Assembly: GCF_963676685.1 (NCBI RefSeq)
Contig: NC_092349.1
Location: forward strand, 46,748,001 to 46,812,000
Direction of reading: 5' to 3'
DNA from: Mytilus edulis
Taxonomy: Eukaryota
DNA: 64,000 nucleotides
In this document: in pieces, positions 24,888 to 39,160 of the stretch
Position numbering within the stretch: position 1 is the stretch's first letter
Layout of the letters: every line of letters begins with the position of its first letter
The notes under the pieces: model-generated
The model's input: only the letters and a program-made list of their open reading frames with translations
Databases searched by the model: none
Told to the model about the DNA's origin: nothing
Made by a program: the position numbers and the translations under genes

Positions 24888-27100
24888 TTAAACTTGTTAT
24901 GTCTTCAAATTGGTAAACTATATACCATGTTTATTTTAAAAATGTTATTAATTAAGTTCATTTTCCCTTTCTAATTCCTTAAAATGTCAATGTCTTACCG
25001 CCTGGACTACGCTTATAGGAAATTACCCCAAAATTGTACCCAAAGAGGGTTTTTTTTTTAACAATATTTGTTACATTTTTTTTTTTTTTATCGATTTCAG
25101 TATAAAAACAATATACGTATAGTGTCTAAATATATAGCACATTTAAATCCAACACCAGTTTTTAAACCATGTAGCAAAGTGTTAATTTGATATGCAGAAC
25201 CATTAAAAACGACAAATTATAACAACGCGTTCATTTTTGTGATTTTACTTTTTACTTCATACTAACTATAATCAGAGCTTCGATCGCATTTGTGAGGCCT
25301 TACGATTTGAAATATCAGAGCTGTCGGCATTTGTTAAAAAAATGGCATTAATGTTCACTTTATTCGTACATCCATAGTATTTTCGGTCCGATTAAGTAGT
25401 TAACAAAGGTACCAGGATTAAGTTAAGGTTGTAGTGCGATATGTATTTGTTTCTGTTGTGCTATGTAGTACGTACCAGAATCCATGTTTATAGGTTTAAG
25501 TCCGTTTCAGTTTATTCATTTTATGTCTTACTACAATAAACGTTTCCCACAACCGTGGTTGATAGATATAAAAAGATGTGGTATGAGTGCTAATGAGACA
25601 ACTCTTCATCCAAGTCAAAACTTATTAAAGTAAACCATTATAGGTAAAAGTACGGTCTTCAACATTGAGCCTTGTCTCATACCAGCAAGATATAAAGGGC
25701 CCCAAAAATAACAAGCGGAGAAAAATGAAATGGGGAAAACCAACGACCTAATCTATATAAAAAACGAGAAACACTTATGAACCACATCAACAAACGACAA
25801 TTACTGAACATCAAACTTGGGACAGGTGCAATTAATTGCAGCGTGTTTAAACGTTTTAATAGGTACCAACCTCCACTCCTATCTAAAACTATAGTGTAAT
25901 ATCACAACATTGAAAAACACACTATTTAATATGAATTGAAATTGATTAACTAAATCAAAAAACATATTAACGCAAGTAAACATACACTGAACAAATGAAT
26001 TTGATCTACGATACAATGTTAATACAAAATCAAGAAAATAAGGAGTGAATAATTATAGTAACAGTATTATGCCGCTGTGAAATGTTAAACAATTTCAGGA
26101 AAAAACAACAATATCCTTATGTATCTGAATTTAAAATTAAACTTGATAAAGCCTGTGACATTGCCAAAAATGAGTACGTAGACCACAAGGTGAAATGAAA
26201 GTTTGGCGCGATAAGCACATTTGAAGCATATCAAAGGAAATTATTTTAACATCCAGTTTTATTATTTTACAAATACTTAGTAGTCAACTGTAAAAGTTCT
26301 ATAAACTATACACAATTGGAATCGGTCACTGGGTGTATGTTGTTAATACCCATTGGCACGACAAATCAGAAAGGATGTGCATTATAAATCTCGATGTTCA
26401 TGGCATATGCATTTTAATGATGTTAGAACAAATGGATTTAAAACTCAGATACTGAATCTTGATGAACTGTCTAATTTGGACATACAAGTTAGAGGTTTGG
26501 CTAGCTATAAAACAAGGTTAAATGCACCATTTTCTACATAAAAATGCGTTTACCAAGCCAGAAATGTAACAGTTGTTATCCATTTGTTTGATGTGTTTGA
26601 GTTTTTGATTTTGCCATTTGATTAATACGGAATTTACGTTTTGAATTTTCCTCGGACTTCGGAACTTTTGTTATTTGACATTTTGGTCAGTAAATTGTTA
26701 TATATATACTTATCAAAGGTATCAGGATTATAATTTAGTACGCCATACGTCATATTCACACCAGCATTATTTACAGAAATGTATTATATATTAAAGTTTA
26801 ATCTTATTGATATACCATATAGCGGGTTATTTTCGCTGGTGTAAAATTTCGCGATTTTCATTGAATAAAGTATACGAAATAATATTGACAGTTATTATCA
26901 TGGCGGATTCAAAACTTTTAACAATACCTTTGCATGTGCATTTTAAAATTGTCTACAGAGATCATATTGGGGGTTAATTAGGTGGCGTCTAGACAAAATG
27001 CACACGAAATGCTGACACATATTAATGATATCAACGGTACCAATTTATCTGCATCATATTCGCATTATGACAGATTTTTTCTAAAAATATCTTTTCTTAA

Positions 27101-27549
27101 AGGTTGCATTTCTGTAAATATTGACAATGCAATTTCCCATAGGAACTCCTTTTACGGCTAAAACTGTACCACTTTTTCTATGAAGTTTTGAAAAAAATCA
27201 TATCCTAGAATTGAAAGTTCATACGCACTACAATTTTTTCAAAGGTAAAAGTATAGGGCTGTGCAGCATATTTTCAACGTTTATATGCCCTGAACATTTC
27301 TGAGTTTAAACTAACACTATTTTTCTTAACTACCCCTACCTCGAATGAAGGGTTACCACAGATCTCAATGTAAACAATATGCACATGTATATTTACTGGT
27401 AAAATTCCCAAGTTATGTCTCTATGAGACGGGACATAGAGATCATAACTGGGAACCAGTATGTAAACAAAATTAATTTTCTATGAATATTCTAAATCTCC
27501 CCAAAAGAGGCGTGGTTTGAGAAACAGCTGTTTTTACAAAGTGCAACCT
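27101..27549. mobile_element. MITE, Kolobok-like ends
   Basis: TTAA|AGGTTGCATTTCTGTAAA ... TTTACAAAGTGCAACCT; right flank degenerate (ATAG). Confidence 0.65.
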
Positions 27550-28937
27550 ATAGGCTCAAAACATTCCCCATTAAAGCTCAACAGAATAAATATATGTTGC
27601 CTGATCATGAAACACACCCGTAACCGAAAATAATGTTTTACAGTAATATTTTAAATAGATTAAAATGAAACGTACTTTCTTTGTGGATATCTTTAAGCAA
27701 CTATTGTGCGTTATGTAATTGCTAACATTTATGATTTATATAGTCAATGCGTAATTCCACTATTCAACTGCATTAGCCTGTTATTGTCCTCATTGAAACT
27801 CCTGAAAATTAGATATGTTTATCAAATCTGTATGTTTATGAGAACATACACACTTGTAAATAACCTGAGTCAACACATTACATGGTCACTTATCAAGTCC
27901 AAAGTAGATTTTCATAATTAACATGCATATGTATAGGAAATGCATAATAGACATAAAAAAAACTTATTACTTAGAATTTAGCTTATTCTCCTTTGCCTAA
28001 TTCCATTCGCTTTATATGTAATTTTTCTTTTTTACTTAAATATAAGTGTGACCGTCCATGCGTTGGCTTTATAGTCAATCAATATCGTTAAACACTGCCG
28101 TAGTAGTACTCAAACAATGAACCTCCTTATATGGTTTTTATTTATGTGATTTATTATACGTTTTTAGAGTGATTTTTTGAAAACCAGACCAAATCTTTTA
28201 TGATGATTTGATTATATATGACTATACTTTCGATTATTTGATTATCCATGACTATATTTTTGATTTTATCTATGACTGTATTTTTGATTATTTGATTATC
28301 TTATTAAAAAATATTCAAGGATTGTGAGACTTTATTGTCAGAAAAATTGTGATTACATTGTAAATGATTACTTTGACATCCCCATCATAATGATTTTTAG
28401 TAATACTACTTCGATTATATACGCGAGATTTAGAAGGCACCAATCATGTTATCGGCATTCATCGTGCCTATTAAAAATTAAACTTTATAAAGTACACAAG
28501 GTAAGTTCTCAATATTTCTCGAGATAAGCTCGGTGCAAATCATTAACCTATTTAAAAGACCTAAAAAAACAATTGTTTTGCCATGCACGTTATTACGTGC
28601 CAAGAAACTAATTTACTCGAAAGAGCTGGAAGATGTGTTTTTCACCAATAAATGAAATGACAAATACTTATTACAATTGATTTATATTAATCAAACAGTT
28701 AGTAATCGAGTTTTAAGTTTGGTTATTAATCAGTTTTTGATAAGGTAGTTTTAATATAGAAATTATACATCATCTACCTGTTTTTACTTGCAGCCTGTGT
28801 TACTTATTTCACGATGACGGTTAAAAAGGCAAAATTTATGTAAGTGTCCAATTTCCGAAAATTTAGATAAAAATAAAGTGTTTATGGTACACAAGCAAAT
28901 AATGAAACTATTGAAAACCGAGAAAAACCTTAATTAA

Positions 28938-29327
28938 GGATGTTCGCTTGTCATGTTTTGGAATTTTTGTCAGACTTTCGAAATCCTCTGGTTTTATCTA
29001 TTTGAGTGCCTTGAAAAAAATTGCTAATTGATCACCATTTTTCTTTTAATAAATCTTGTTCATGCACAATTATAAGCCATCTGTAGTCGTATTATATAAT
29101 CTAAGTTATTTCTAAATAGTTTCTGAGAACTTAAACTTGTCAATGAAAAAGCTATGAAAAATCAAGAGATAACACTTTCCCGCCAAATTTTCAATGGCTA
29201 ATATCTCGAAAACAAATACATTGACCTATATATTGTTTTTGCTTTGTTGGTTCCCTTATTTATCTCCTAGCAATATATACTAGTGTAATGAAAAGCTTGT
29301 TATTTTGAAACTGAGTAGCGGACTTCC
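28938..29327. mobile_element. TTAA-flanked MITE
   Basis: TTAA|GGATGTTCGCT ... AGCGGACTTCC|CTAA; a second copy's 3' end is at 1-120. Confidence 0.7.
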
Positions 29328-31435
29328 CTAAGACGTTGGTTATAATGTATACTGAGATTAAAACAAAACGCTTCTATATGTAGAAAATGAATGACCATAA
29401 TAAGTTCATGTCAAATTGTATATTAGGTTTTATTTAATTTTTTACACTGTTCTAGTATTATATATAATTTCATCAGTATACATTATATGGCCATATTCAA
29501 ACATTTATGTATAAAACATGTTTAATGCGTACTTACATTTTTATTTTCCGTTTTTCATTAGTATACAAATAAAAATAGCACAAATTCACAAAATCTAATA
29601 GTAAGTTAACAAATTTATCAAACATCTAACATAGGAATTAATTCTCTTTAGGACAAACAAACTAGGATGTAACGCGTAAAATTTAAATGACACACACATA
29701 TTTTCTACCATCGCATATCAGCAATAAAGAAAACAAAAGCTTTCAATGCCAACCATCAAACAAAAAAAAAACCCCAACATATGATCGGGTAGTAACCTCG
29801 TCATATCGAGGAGCGCTTATTACAGTGTATTGTCATAGTTTGGTTAAGTTTGACATGACTGTGTTAAGTGTTTTTAAGAACAAACAATGCCAAAATCTAA
29901 ACACTCGAATATTTTGTTAAAGGAACTTCTGACTATAAATTCAAGCTGGTAAGTATCTTTGTTTATAGCTAATATGTTAGTTCATCAACATTTGTATCCT
30001 ATAGTTTATAAATTGACACAAGATAATGCTTGCGTATGTCAAAATTTAAACGTTGTGATTCGTTTCTAATGCACAAAGAAAAGTGGTTTTGCTTACTGTT
30101 TGTTACATCAAATATTTCGTTGTGATTTAAAACTAACATCAATTATTTCAAAAACAAAATATCCAGCTAATCTTTAAATAATTACGGAAAATTCGGTGTC
30201 ATAGCTTGGTAAGTCCTGACACGGTTAATTATGTGATTCTTTTCGTTTATGAAGGAATTGTAACGATCTAAATAATCAGATAATATACAACTACTGAAAT
30301 ACTTATTGATAAAATCGTTTTATTTGGAATACAAAAATTCCTATGAATGCGTTTACAGTGTGGTATTATATTATTAGTACATGCGGCTTGCCTGCCAATG
30401 TAATAACTATCCACCCGAGACTCAAATATGTGAGATATGTCGTTGTACGGTCTTCAACAATGAGCAAAAGACATACCATTCGTTATATTAATTAAATAAA
30501 ATTGAAACTATAACGGCTTCATTCCAATTCGAAATTATAAACTTTCATATTTTCAAATACGGAACTTCATGAGTATTTCTTTTTTAAACAATTCAACTAA
30601 TAGTTTAAAAACAAAAAATGTTTGAATTTTGTCCATGTCACGAGTTAACATTTTGTTTCATGGATGGTTGAAGACTTATTTTGTCCTTTCAATATCGTTC
30701 GGCTAGTTTTGTGGTTGGCTTACTATATCATGGGCATATAATCCCCACTTTATTTATCATAGTCTGGTTCAAAATAAAGCAGCCGATGTTAAGTTTGCTA
30801 GAAAAAGATATAAAACAAAAAATACTACGTTTTACATCTGTAAGTAGACGTTTTTAACTATTTTACAAATGATCTCGTTCACGATATCCCGGCAGAGTCA
30901 TTGGAAGACATACGGAGAAAATATTCTATGTGAAATTGAAGAATTGCTTCCAGTTTTTTGAATTATTTTATCGAAAGCTTGTTTAAAAGAGCAATGACTA
31001 TTTAAATTATTTCGCCGGAAAATAAAATAACATTACCGAGATCCGAAGAAAATTCAAAACAGAAAGTCCCTAATCAAATGGTAAAATCAAAAGCTCGAAC
31101 ACATCAAACGAATTGGCAACAACTGTCATATTCCTCACTTGGTAGACATTTATTTATGTAGAAATGGTGGATAAAACCTGGTTTTGTATCCAGCTAAACT
31201 TCTCATTTGCATTTCAGACGCAACAAAAATCTTTTATTTAGACAACGACGTTTGAACAAAACACATACATAGTCGGTAAAAATGTCACAAATAGGGGTAA
31301 AGCAATCAACATTGTGATATAATGCCAATCACTATAAAAACAAGGAAATATGTCAACAAAGAAACCAAAAAGTCATATAGAGTTTAAAGAGAGAATTTTT
31401 ATCATAGACACATACTATACACCGTTTCAGATTAG

Positions 31436-31601
31436 CCATATAAATGTGATATTTGTAGTGAACGTTTTTGTGGAGTCTATGCCTTATAGACTCACATGAG
31501 AACACACACTGGTGGTAACCCTCATATATGTAAAGTATGTCGCAACTTGGTACACTTTAGAAAAACGTGCAAACACATACCGAGAAAAACCTCATAAATG
31601 T
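31436..31601 (+). pseudogene. C2H2 zinc-finger remnant
   Basis: PYKCDICSERFCGVYAL*THMRTHTGGNPHICKVC, then a frameshifted EKPHKC; contains an in-frame stop. Confidence 0.7.
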
Positions 31602-31719
31602 TGGAAAATTGATGTACCAAATAATCAACTATAATATTTCATCTAAAAAAATAATACAATTTTTAAGATGGATTCAATAGAATAACGCGTTTGACAACAA
31701 ATAGCCAAAGTATATACAA

Positions 31720-32320
31720 TTATCTCGTCTTAGGGAGGGATAAATCCTCATCTAAATCAGGCAAACAATTCTCTGAAACTGACATTATGATCAAGATGAT
31801 TGATTTCTTGATTGACAACATATTTGTTACTTTTTAGAGAACGTGTTTTTCAATAAACAGTTAGCATTACCACGAGAACCAACTATGCCACATTTCTTTC
31901 CGACTTGTTCATATGACGCTGATTTTATACAGGATCTTCTTAGGAAGAACGAAAAGAAGTTGGCAGTATCCTTTAAGTATACATTTCGGTATGAAGATAA
32001 TTATCTCTCCCTAACTAATTCAAAATTGACTTATATCTAGAAATTGACATAGAGGATCAGTTTAAAACAAAACTTGACGACAAAAAAAATTGATTTCAGC
32101 TTCCTAACTTTCAACTGTCCCTTGCTATAAATCATTATTCCAGAAGCGCCTGTATACGGAGTATATATCTCCCAATTGCTTCGATAGTCCTGAGCTTGCA
32201 TTTTGTAAAATGATTTCCTTGAAAGAGGGTTGCAGCTGGCAAGAAAGTTATTTAACCAAGAGTTCCAAGTAATGGATATGAAAAATCACTTCGTAAATTT
32301 ATGGACGGCATCACGAATTA
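31720..32320 (+). mobile_element. Degenerate Penelope-like RT fragment
   Basis: Broken frames reading KMIDFLIDNIFVTF and DADFIQDLLRKNEKKLAVSFKYTFRYEDN (decayed RYIDD). Confidence 0.7.
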
Positions 32321-34528
32321 TGATATTAGACATAATTGGAAAGGTATCAAAATAAGGATTCTGTAACGTTACCTGTTCTTAAATATTTTTTTTGAAAATT
32401 AAACCCCTTTTTATCTTACAAACCATATCAGATTTTTGTTCACGACCAAGTTAATATTTTTTTTATCTACATTAGGCATCGAAATTTTCTGAAGAAATTT
32501 TAATTTTCGATTGATACGAAGTGAATTAAAATTGGTACCGTTAATGTTATTAAACCCATCTTCTCCGGAACATTTTTGAATGATTTGCTTTAATTTAACT
32601 CCTCTTTGAAATTAAAACAAATTTTATTGCAATAAGTGTTTTTATTTAAATAAACTTCTAAACATTGAACTTTTATAGACGGTCTAGAAATCTGCAAGAA
32701 CCTACTTTTTTCTATAAACATAGTAACTGGTTTCCATTGCAACAAAACATTCCAAGTAACTACATTACATATTTTCATAATAAAAAGTACATCTTTAAGT
32801 AAAAACAACAATGCTCTTAACTTCAAGTCAATTCATAACAAAAAATTTCTTAGGTGTGGTTTATGAATATTTTGTCAGGGACCTTCTTTTCCCTACGATG
32901 CAGGGTAAAACAAAACTTTGCCCCACAACATCCATTTTTGTTCATATAGAACTTCAAAAGCTGATAAAAATTCATTCACAAAAATTCCCGTTGTGTTTTT
33001 TTAAATATCTCGATAAAGAGCTCCGTAACCTATCAATATTTTAGCCTACTTTGTTCCTTAACTAATGCTCGTCATACTTAATAATGAATTCTAAATTTTA
33101 GACTTTTTCATTTCAACCAAAGAACCGAAGTACATTCTCAACAACTTTAATATTTATACAAAAATTACAAATGCTGCAAGGGATAAAAAAAAAAAACAAA
33201 CAGAAAATTAAAAACAACAGCGCACCCTTTAGCAGTATATATAGAAACAACTTCATATATTTTAACAGTATTTTTATACAGTAATTTTCTTAAGAGCAGT
33301 ACAATTTTCAACAAGAACTGTTATTTCAACCCAACATTTGAACTACAACTCAAATAACATCTTTTTCAACAATAAAGTATCTATCATAACAAAGCAATTT
33401 TTGAATAACAATATCACATACCAAACCAATAATACATCTCTCAAGTATGATACCCAATCTTTTAACACCAAGATAAAATAACAATAATACGTTTTGTCAA
33501 GCATATCTGTTCATCTTTTAACAAAAATAACTCGCACATTTCGCACAAACGATAGTACTGTTTAAACAATATATTTACAAAAAGTAGCAGGTTAACAGTC
33601 GTATTAAATATACGATCTCTATAATCATCAGAAAAGTTTTATGCTACAATAGTAAATCAGTTCAAATATTTACAACAATCTCAAAACGATAATTATTGTG
33701 TAGCACCTGAGGTCAACCGGTTGTGGGATCGTGTTACTTAGTCTTCAGTTTCTTACTTAATGTTTTTTCTTTATTTGTTGTCAATTCGTCGTTTTTAATG
33801 ATAACCAAGGTGTTGTCTATGTGTTTATTGAAATTATGAATACTGATTGCCCTCTGCATCATATCTAAGAAGAAGATATCTTCAAAATGTGATAAAAAAA
33901 TAATTTTGTTTGCATTTTATTGTCCAAATACATGTTTACAACGTTAGTATATTTTTTTTTATCATAACAAAGTTTTCAATTAACGTTGGTTTTTGATGTT
34001 ATGATTTAAAATCAACATAACAATTTTTCCGATATGGAGTATGTTTTATAAATCACTAAGACTGTATTTTCATCTGTAGATACAAGTCTGAAATATAACT
34101 AACTAAACCAGTCAATTAGTACGGTCTGTCCATCGGTCTAACACAAGTTTAACCAATTTTACAATACCGTGTTAAAATATTTTTTACATGCAGGTGACTG
34201 ACCCAGTAGTCAAGTTCATCACATTTGACTCCTTTGTCTTGAATCATCTTTCGATTTCTTAAGACTCAATGCACATACTGTTATTACAGATGACACATTT
34301 ATAACACTGTCATATATCTAACAGCATAATTGATATTTTATATGACCATGTCCATCATTACAGGCAATTCATAGAAAGTACCTTTATTGCAGCTGTTGTC
34401 TCTTTTAAAAATATATTTTCGGATACGAATATGCTCACTCGCTTTCACACCAGGAAAGGTACGTCCCGTCCTTATTAGATCATTTACAGTCTAGTCCTCT
34501 GTCTAGTTACATCTTGAACATTTTTGTT

Positions 34529-34727
34529 TACTGTGGATTCATTATAATTCGATAGGTACAAATATTCGTGAAATTCGTGGGTATAGTAGAACCAAGAATT
34601 TTCATGGTTCAATGAACAATATATTTTTCAAATTAACTTGTATACAGAATTTGTCAAAACCTCGAAAATGGAACTATTCCTCAATCAGTGAAAATTGATA
34701 CACACGAAAATAAATGAATACATAGTA
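34529..34727. mobile_element. TA-flanked MITE (family of 15566-15779)
   Basis: TACTGTGGATTCATTA ... AAATGAATACATAGTA. Confidence 0.65.
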
Positions 34728-34776
34728 CTAGAATTCACAAGCCTTCATTACAGGTATCTTACCAAGAATATACAGT

Positions 34777-36940
34777 CTATACAGTTCCCAATGTATCTAA
34801 CAAAAGATTTTGGATTTCTGTATGATCATTTTCAACAGCCATCATCAAAGGAGACTGTCCTTCAACATCACATTTATTGCAATTTGCTCCTCTGTGTAAC
34901 AACATTTTTACTATATCTATTCTGCCGTTTTCACAAGCATACAATAAAAGTGACTCGCCAAACACGTAACATGTATTTATATCTTCCCCTTTGTCTAACA
35001 ACATCTTGACTATTTTTGTATGACCTTGTGTACATGCCATCATTACAGGTGACCGACTCAACCAATTAACACATTTATATGTTGCTCCTCTGTTTAATAA
35101 CATATTTACGATTTCGGTATGACCATTTTCACATGCCTTCATTAAAGATGTATTCCACATGATGTCATATGTATTTACGTCTGTTCCTCTGTCTAACAAA
35201 ATCTTTACTATTTCTGTATGACCATGTTAACATGCCTTCATTACAGCTGACTGCCCCCTGACGTCACATTGATTAAATTCTGCTCCTTTGTCTAACAACA
35301 ACTTCAGTATTTCTATATGACCATGTTCACACGCCTTCATGACAGATGACTGTCCCTGATTATCACAGTGATTAAAATCAGCTCCACTATCTAACAATAA
35401 CTTGACTATTTCTGTATGACCATTTTCGCATGCAGTTAAAACAGGTGATTGTCCGCTATATGTACAATACCTGTTAACATTAACACCATGATTACAACAC
35501 CACTTGACAAAAAAATAATCTCCTATAGAACAACAATGTAATAAAGCAGTAGGGTAGTAATCCTCATCCTCATGATCCTTTCTCTCCTTATGAATGCTAT
35601 CATCATCAGAATCATCAGAACTAAAGCAATCCATGTACCATAGGTCACATTCTGCAAGTCCAACACTAAAATCGTGAAACTCTTGTTTATCATTACATCT
35701 TTGGATAAAATCTTTATCAAAACTATGCGCCAGTTGTTTTTGGTAAGATACATCAAGCGTATTCAAATGTGACAGAAATGTCTCTCTGAAATTTGGAAAC
35801 TTCATATTGATGTTGCTGAATACATCTTGGACTTTTCCTTTTGACCAGTCATCTGACATTCTCTGTATGTAGATCTGATGATATTTTTGTGGTATAACAG
35901 TAATAAACTGCTCCATGTCATCCTTTCTTTCTAATACAAATCTTTCTTTGATCACACCACTGTCTGCGTTTAGGATCAGGCAATGTATTATTTTCTTTGC
36001 AAAGTAGTAAACCAAAAAGTCAAATATTTTACCATGGATCGTCTTGTAAACGTTTTTTTCTTCTTTATAAATGTATGTGTTAGTGAATCAAGTTCATCCA
36101 GAAGAATAGTTTTTGAAGTTCCTCTATTTAATTTACACGCCTCACAAATGTGTTCGATTATAGTTCTGGTTTCTTCATTCACCTTTTCCATCAGCATTTC
36201 TTCATTAACATTGTTGTTGAAGAAGACACATAACGCTAAAGCACAGTATTTGCCGTGATACCCTTTCTTGAGTAGCTTGTCAATTTCTGTTTCGTAAACT
36301 GAAAATGGATTCTGGAAGAAATCTGTAACTTCAAGTTCAGGATTATCATGATATAGTTTACATAAAAGTGGAAAACAATCATATAAATCATAGTATTGAC
36401 TGATATCAGATGTTTTTTCTTTGAGGTACAACTTAGCAATTGCTTGCTTTTCAGTTTCAGACAAACAAATGTCCTTAGATAAAATGTTACATACACATGA
36501 CTTGAATAGTGATAAACATTCAAACTTTTCATCATTGTAAATCTGTAACCGACATGCTACAATTATTTTTGCGAGTTTACTTTCAAGAACCATTTTCAAA
36601 TGATCAATAATTGGTTCCCAAATATTAATTTCACCCTGGTTAAAAGAATAATTTCCACATAAATCATCAACAATAAACATTGCTTTTTTACTCATGTTAT
36701 TTGGGTTATAAAATTTTAAAATGTCATCTGGAAATGTCACAGGAAGAATATCGTATTTGTTTTCTGCCATTTGTAAAGCCACGTGTCGGAGTGTTGCTGT
36801 CTTTCCGACACCAGAACTAGCAGTAATAGTTACACAACTATTTTCTTGAATACATTTGAGAACCTGTTGAGCAGCTCTTGTTTCTATAAACATCTTATCA
36901 TCAGTGTCTTTCCAGGCTTTAAGTGTTTCTTTGATTTTTG
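34777..36940 (-). pseudogene. Coding exon 4 of the HEPN-STAND-ankyrin gene: STAND (nSTAND3-like) NTPase plus ankyrin repeats, disrupted
   Basis: Acceptor tttcag (AG at 36941-36942), phase 1. Walker A ASSGVGKT (36798-36821), Walker B MFIVDD, IIVACR; about 8 ankyrin repeats (GQSPVLTACENGHTEIVKLLLDSGAD). Frameshift at the T7 run 36053-36059; in-frame TAA at 35227-35229 where sister repeats have Glu (KAC*HGH). Confidence 0.85.
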
Positions 36941-37719
36941 CTGAAATGTTAATTCAGTGTCAATTAAGCATCTAGTGACATGCATGTAGTACATAGTAAC
37001 TATAAAAGGCCATATTTGTACGATAATTTCATTAAAACCGTTCAATTGAAACTTGAATTACAAATTAATTAGTTATCATTATAATGATTTCACTGTACTT
37101 TTTTATTTATTGTACATGAATCTTTTTGTTGGAATAAAGGAAATCGTTAGGATCTCTTACTTTCATTTATGTTGACTCGGTCTTTTCTGAGTAATTTAAA
37201 CTTTACCTTAAAAGTTCTTACAGACAAATGAAAAGGAATTTTCCTTTAATTGTATGTGTTGAGCTATCAAGACCGTATGCAATAAAAAAAACACCTCCAA
37301 GTTTATAAAGACAGACAGAGGTAATCATGTAAAGGACAGATTGCTAAAACGGGTAAAAGAAAAATATCAAAAATACCGAACTCAAAGGAAAATTCAAAAC
37401 GGAAAGTCCATTATCGAATCAGATGTTCAACCACATCAAACGGATGGAAAACAACTGTCCTTTTAATGACTTGGAACAGGCATTTCCATATTTAGAACAT
37501 TGTGGATATAACACGCTTTTATATCGAGCTAAACCTATCAGTTGTATGACTGTCGCATTAAATTCCATTGAACTGAAAACAATGTGTTAAAAAAATGTCA
37601 AAAATAGTAGTACATAGTTTAACATTGTGTTTTTATCTTAATCACTATAAAAACAAACAAATATGTCAACAAAGAAAATCAAAGTGGCATTAAACCAAAG
37701 AAAATAAGCAAAAATACAA

Positions 37720-38525
37720 ACTAGAGACTCCAAAGAGCCTGAGTCGGTCACAATATATTTTTATTTACAAATGATGCATGAAATAATACAACCGTAATAC
37801 TTTTGCTTTAGTTTCAGAGATACAAGTCAAAAACTGCCATTCTTAGCCATGTTTGCCATGCTGGTTGGCAGGCAGGGTCATCGGACACACTTTTAAAACT
37901 AAATACCCTAATGCTTATTTGTGCACAAATGTGGTTGAATTTGTCTCAGTTGTTTCAGGAGAAAACTTTGGAAAAGATTACAAAAATGTACGATAAATGA
38001 TAAATTTGACTTTAAATATAACTCCTTGTTGGGTCAATTGACCATTTTGCCCATGTTGACTTATTTGTATACCTTACTTTGCTGAACATTATTGCTGTTT
38101 ACAAATTATCTCTTTCTATAATTATATTCAAAATAATAACCAAAAGCAACAAAATTTACTTAACCTTACTAATACAGGGACAGCAACCCCACAATGGATT
38201 GTCCGATTCGCCTGAAAATTTCAGGACATATAGATCTTGACCTGATTAACAATTTTACACTGTCAGATTTGCTCTAAAGAGATATAAACCAAAATCTAAA
38301 TTTTACTACTTTGTTCTGTCTTAGCCATGGTGGCCATCTTGGCCATCTTGATTGGTTGGGTGATTGGGCATATTTTTCAAATAGAGACCCAAATGATGAT
38401 TGCGGCCAAGTTTAGTTTAATATGGCCCAGATTTCAGAGAAGAAGATTTTTTTTTAAAAGTTTACGACGGACGCCAAGTGATGAGAAAAGCTCACTTGGC
38501 CCTTTGGGCGATGTGAGCTAACAAA
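37720..38525 (+). mobile_element. Non-autonomous element with a 3' stem-loop (Helentron/HINE-like), nested in another dispersed repeat
   Basis: Ends in hairpin AGCTCAC...GTGAGCT plus an A-rich run. It interrupts a repeat whose halves (about 37370-37720 and 38525-38786) resemble 15380-16040. Confidence 0.5.
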
Positions 38526-38781
38526 CGAACATTGTACAATAACATCATGGCAGAATGTATAAGTAACGAAGCAGGTCGAAAAGATATTATCAAAAATGGA
38601 CTAAACAGTAAAGGTTAATAGTTAACAAAGACAAATAAAAGACCACAATTAGACGTTATTAAGATTATAGATAACGTCAATAGATAGAATCTATACTTAA
38701 AAACCATCATGTATTTTTTGATGAAATTGATACGGAATATTAATCAACTTTCTCTTGGTATCTTCAGATAAACTCTTTTAG

Positions 38782-39141
38782 AAATGAATATGGGTTGTGA
38801 CATTACACGAGAAGTAAAGGAAAAACATTTTATTTCAAAATTTAAATCACGATTGAATGCAAACTATGCATTTTCTATTGTGTAATAATGACGCTCCATA
38901 CTTCTATATATAGACTAAGTGTAATACGATTTATCTCCCTTTATATACTCAACGACAACTATGACGTTACATACCTACCGTTACATAGTTACGTTAATCA
39001 TGTATAGTTTCACCTGAAGATTGTTATTTAAACATGAAAGTACTAGTGAATTAAAACTATTCATACCGGAAATGTTGAATTTTTAGTAATCTATATATAT
39101 TTCTATACACAAGAACATTTATTATAGTGATCTTTATATAT
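38782..39141 (+). repeat. 5' pseudo-LTR (partial tandem copy of the element's 3' end)
   Basis: Identical to 42560-42919 except A38923/C42701; includes the last codons of the endonuclease. Confidence 0.93.
39009..39050 (+). ncRNA. Type I hammerhead ribozyme in the 5' pLTR
   Basis: TTCAC CTGAAGA T-TGTT-ATTTA-AACA-T GAAA GTAC TA GTGAA; palindromic stem III AGTACT. Confidence 0.8.
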
Positions 39142-39160
39142 TTATTGTGTGTGTGCCAAC

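Noticed and set aside
28195-28310. Regular TTTGATTAT repeats as a functional array
   Set aside because: Short, degenerate AT-rich minisatellite with no further structure.
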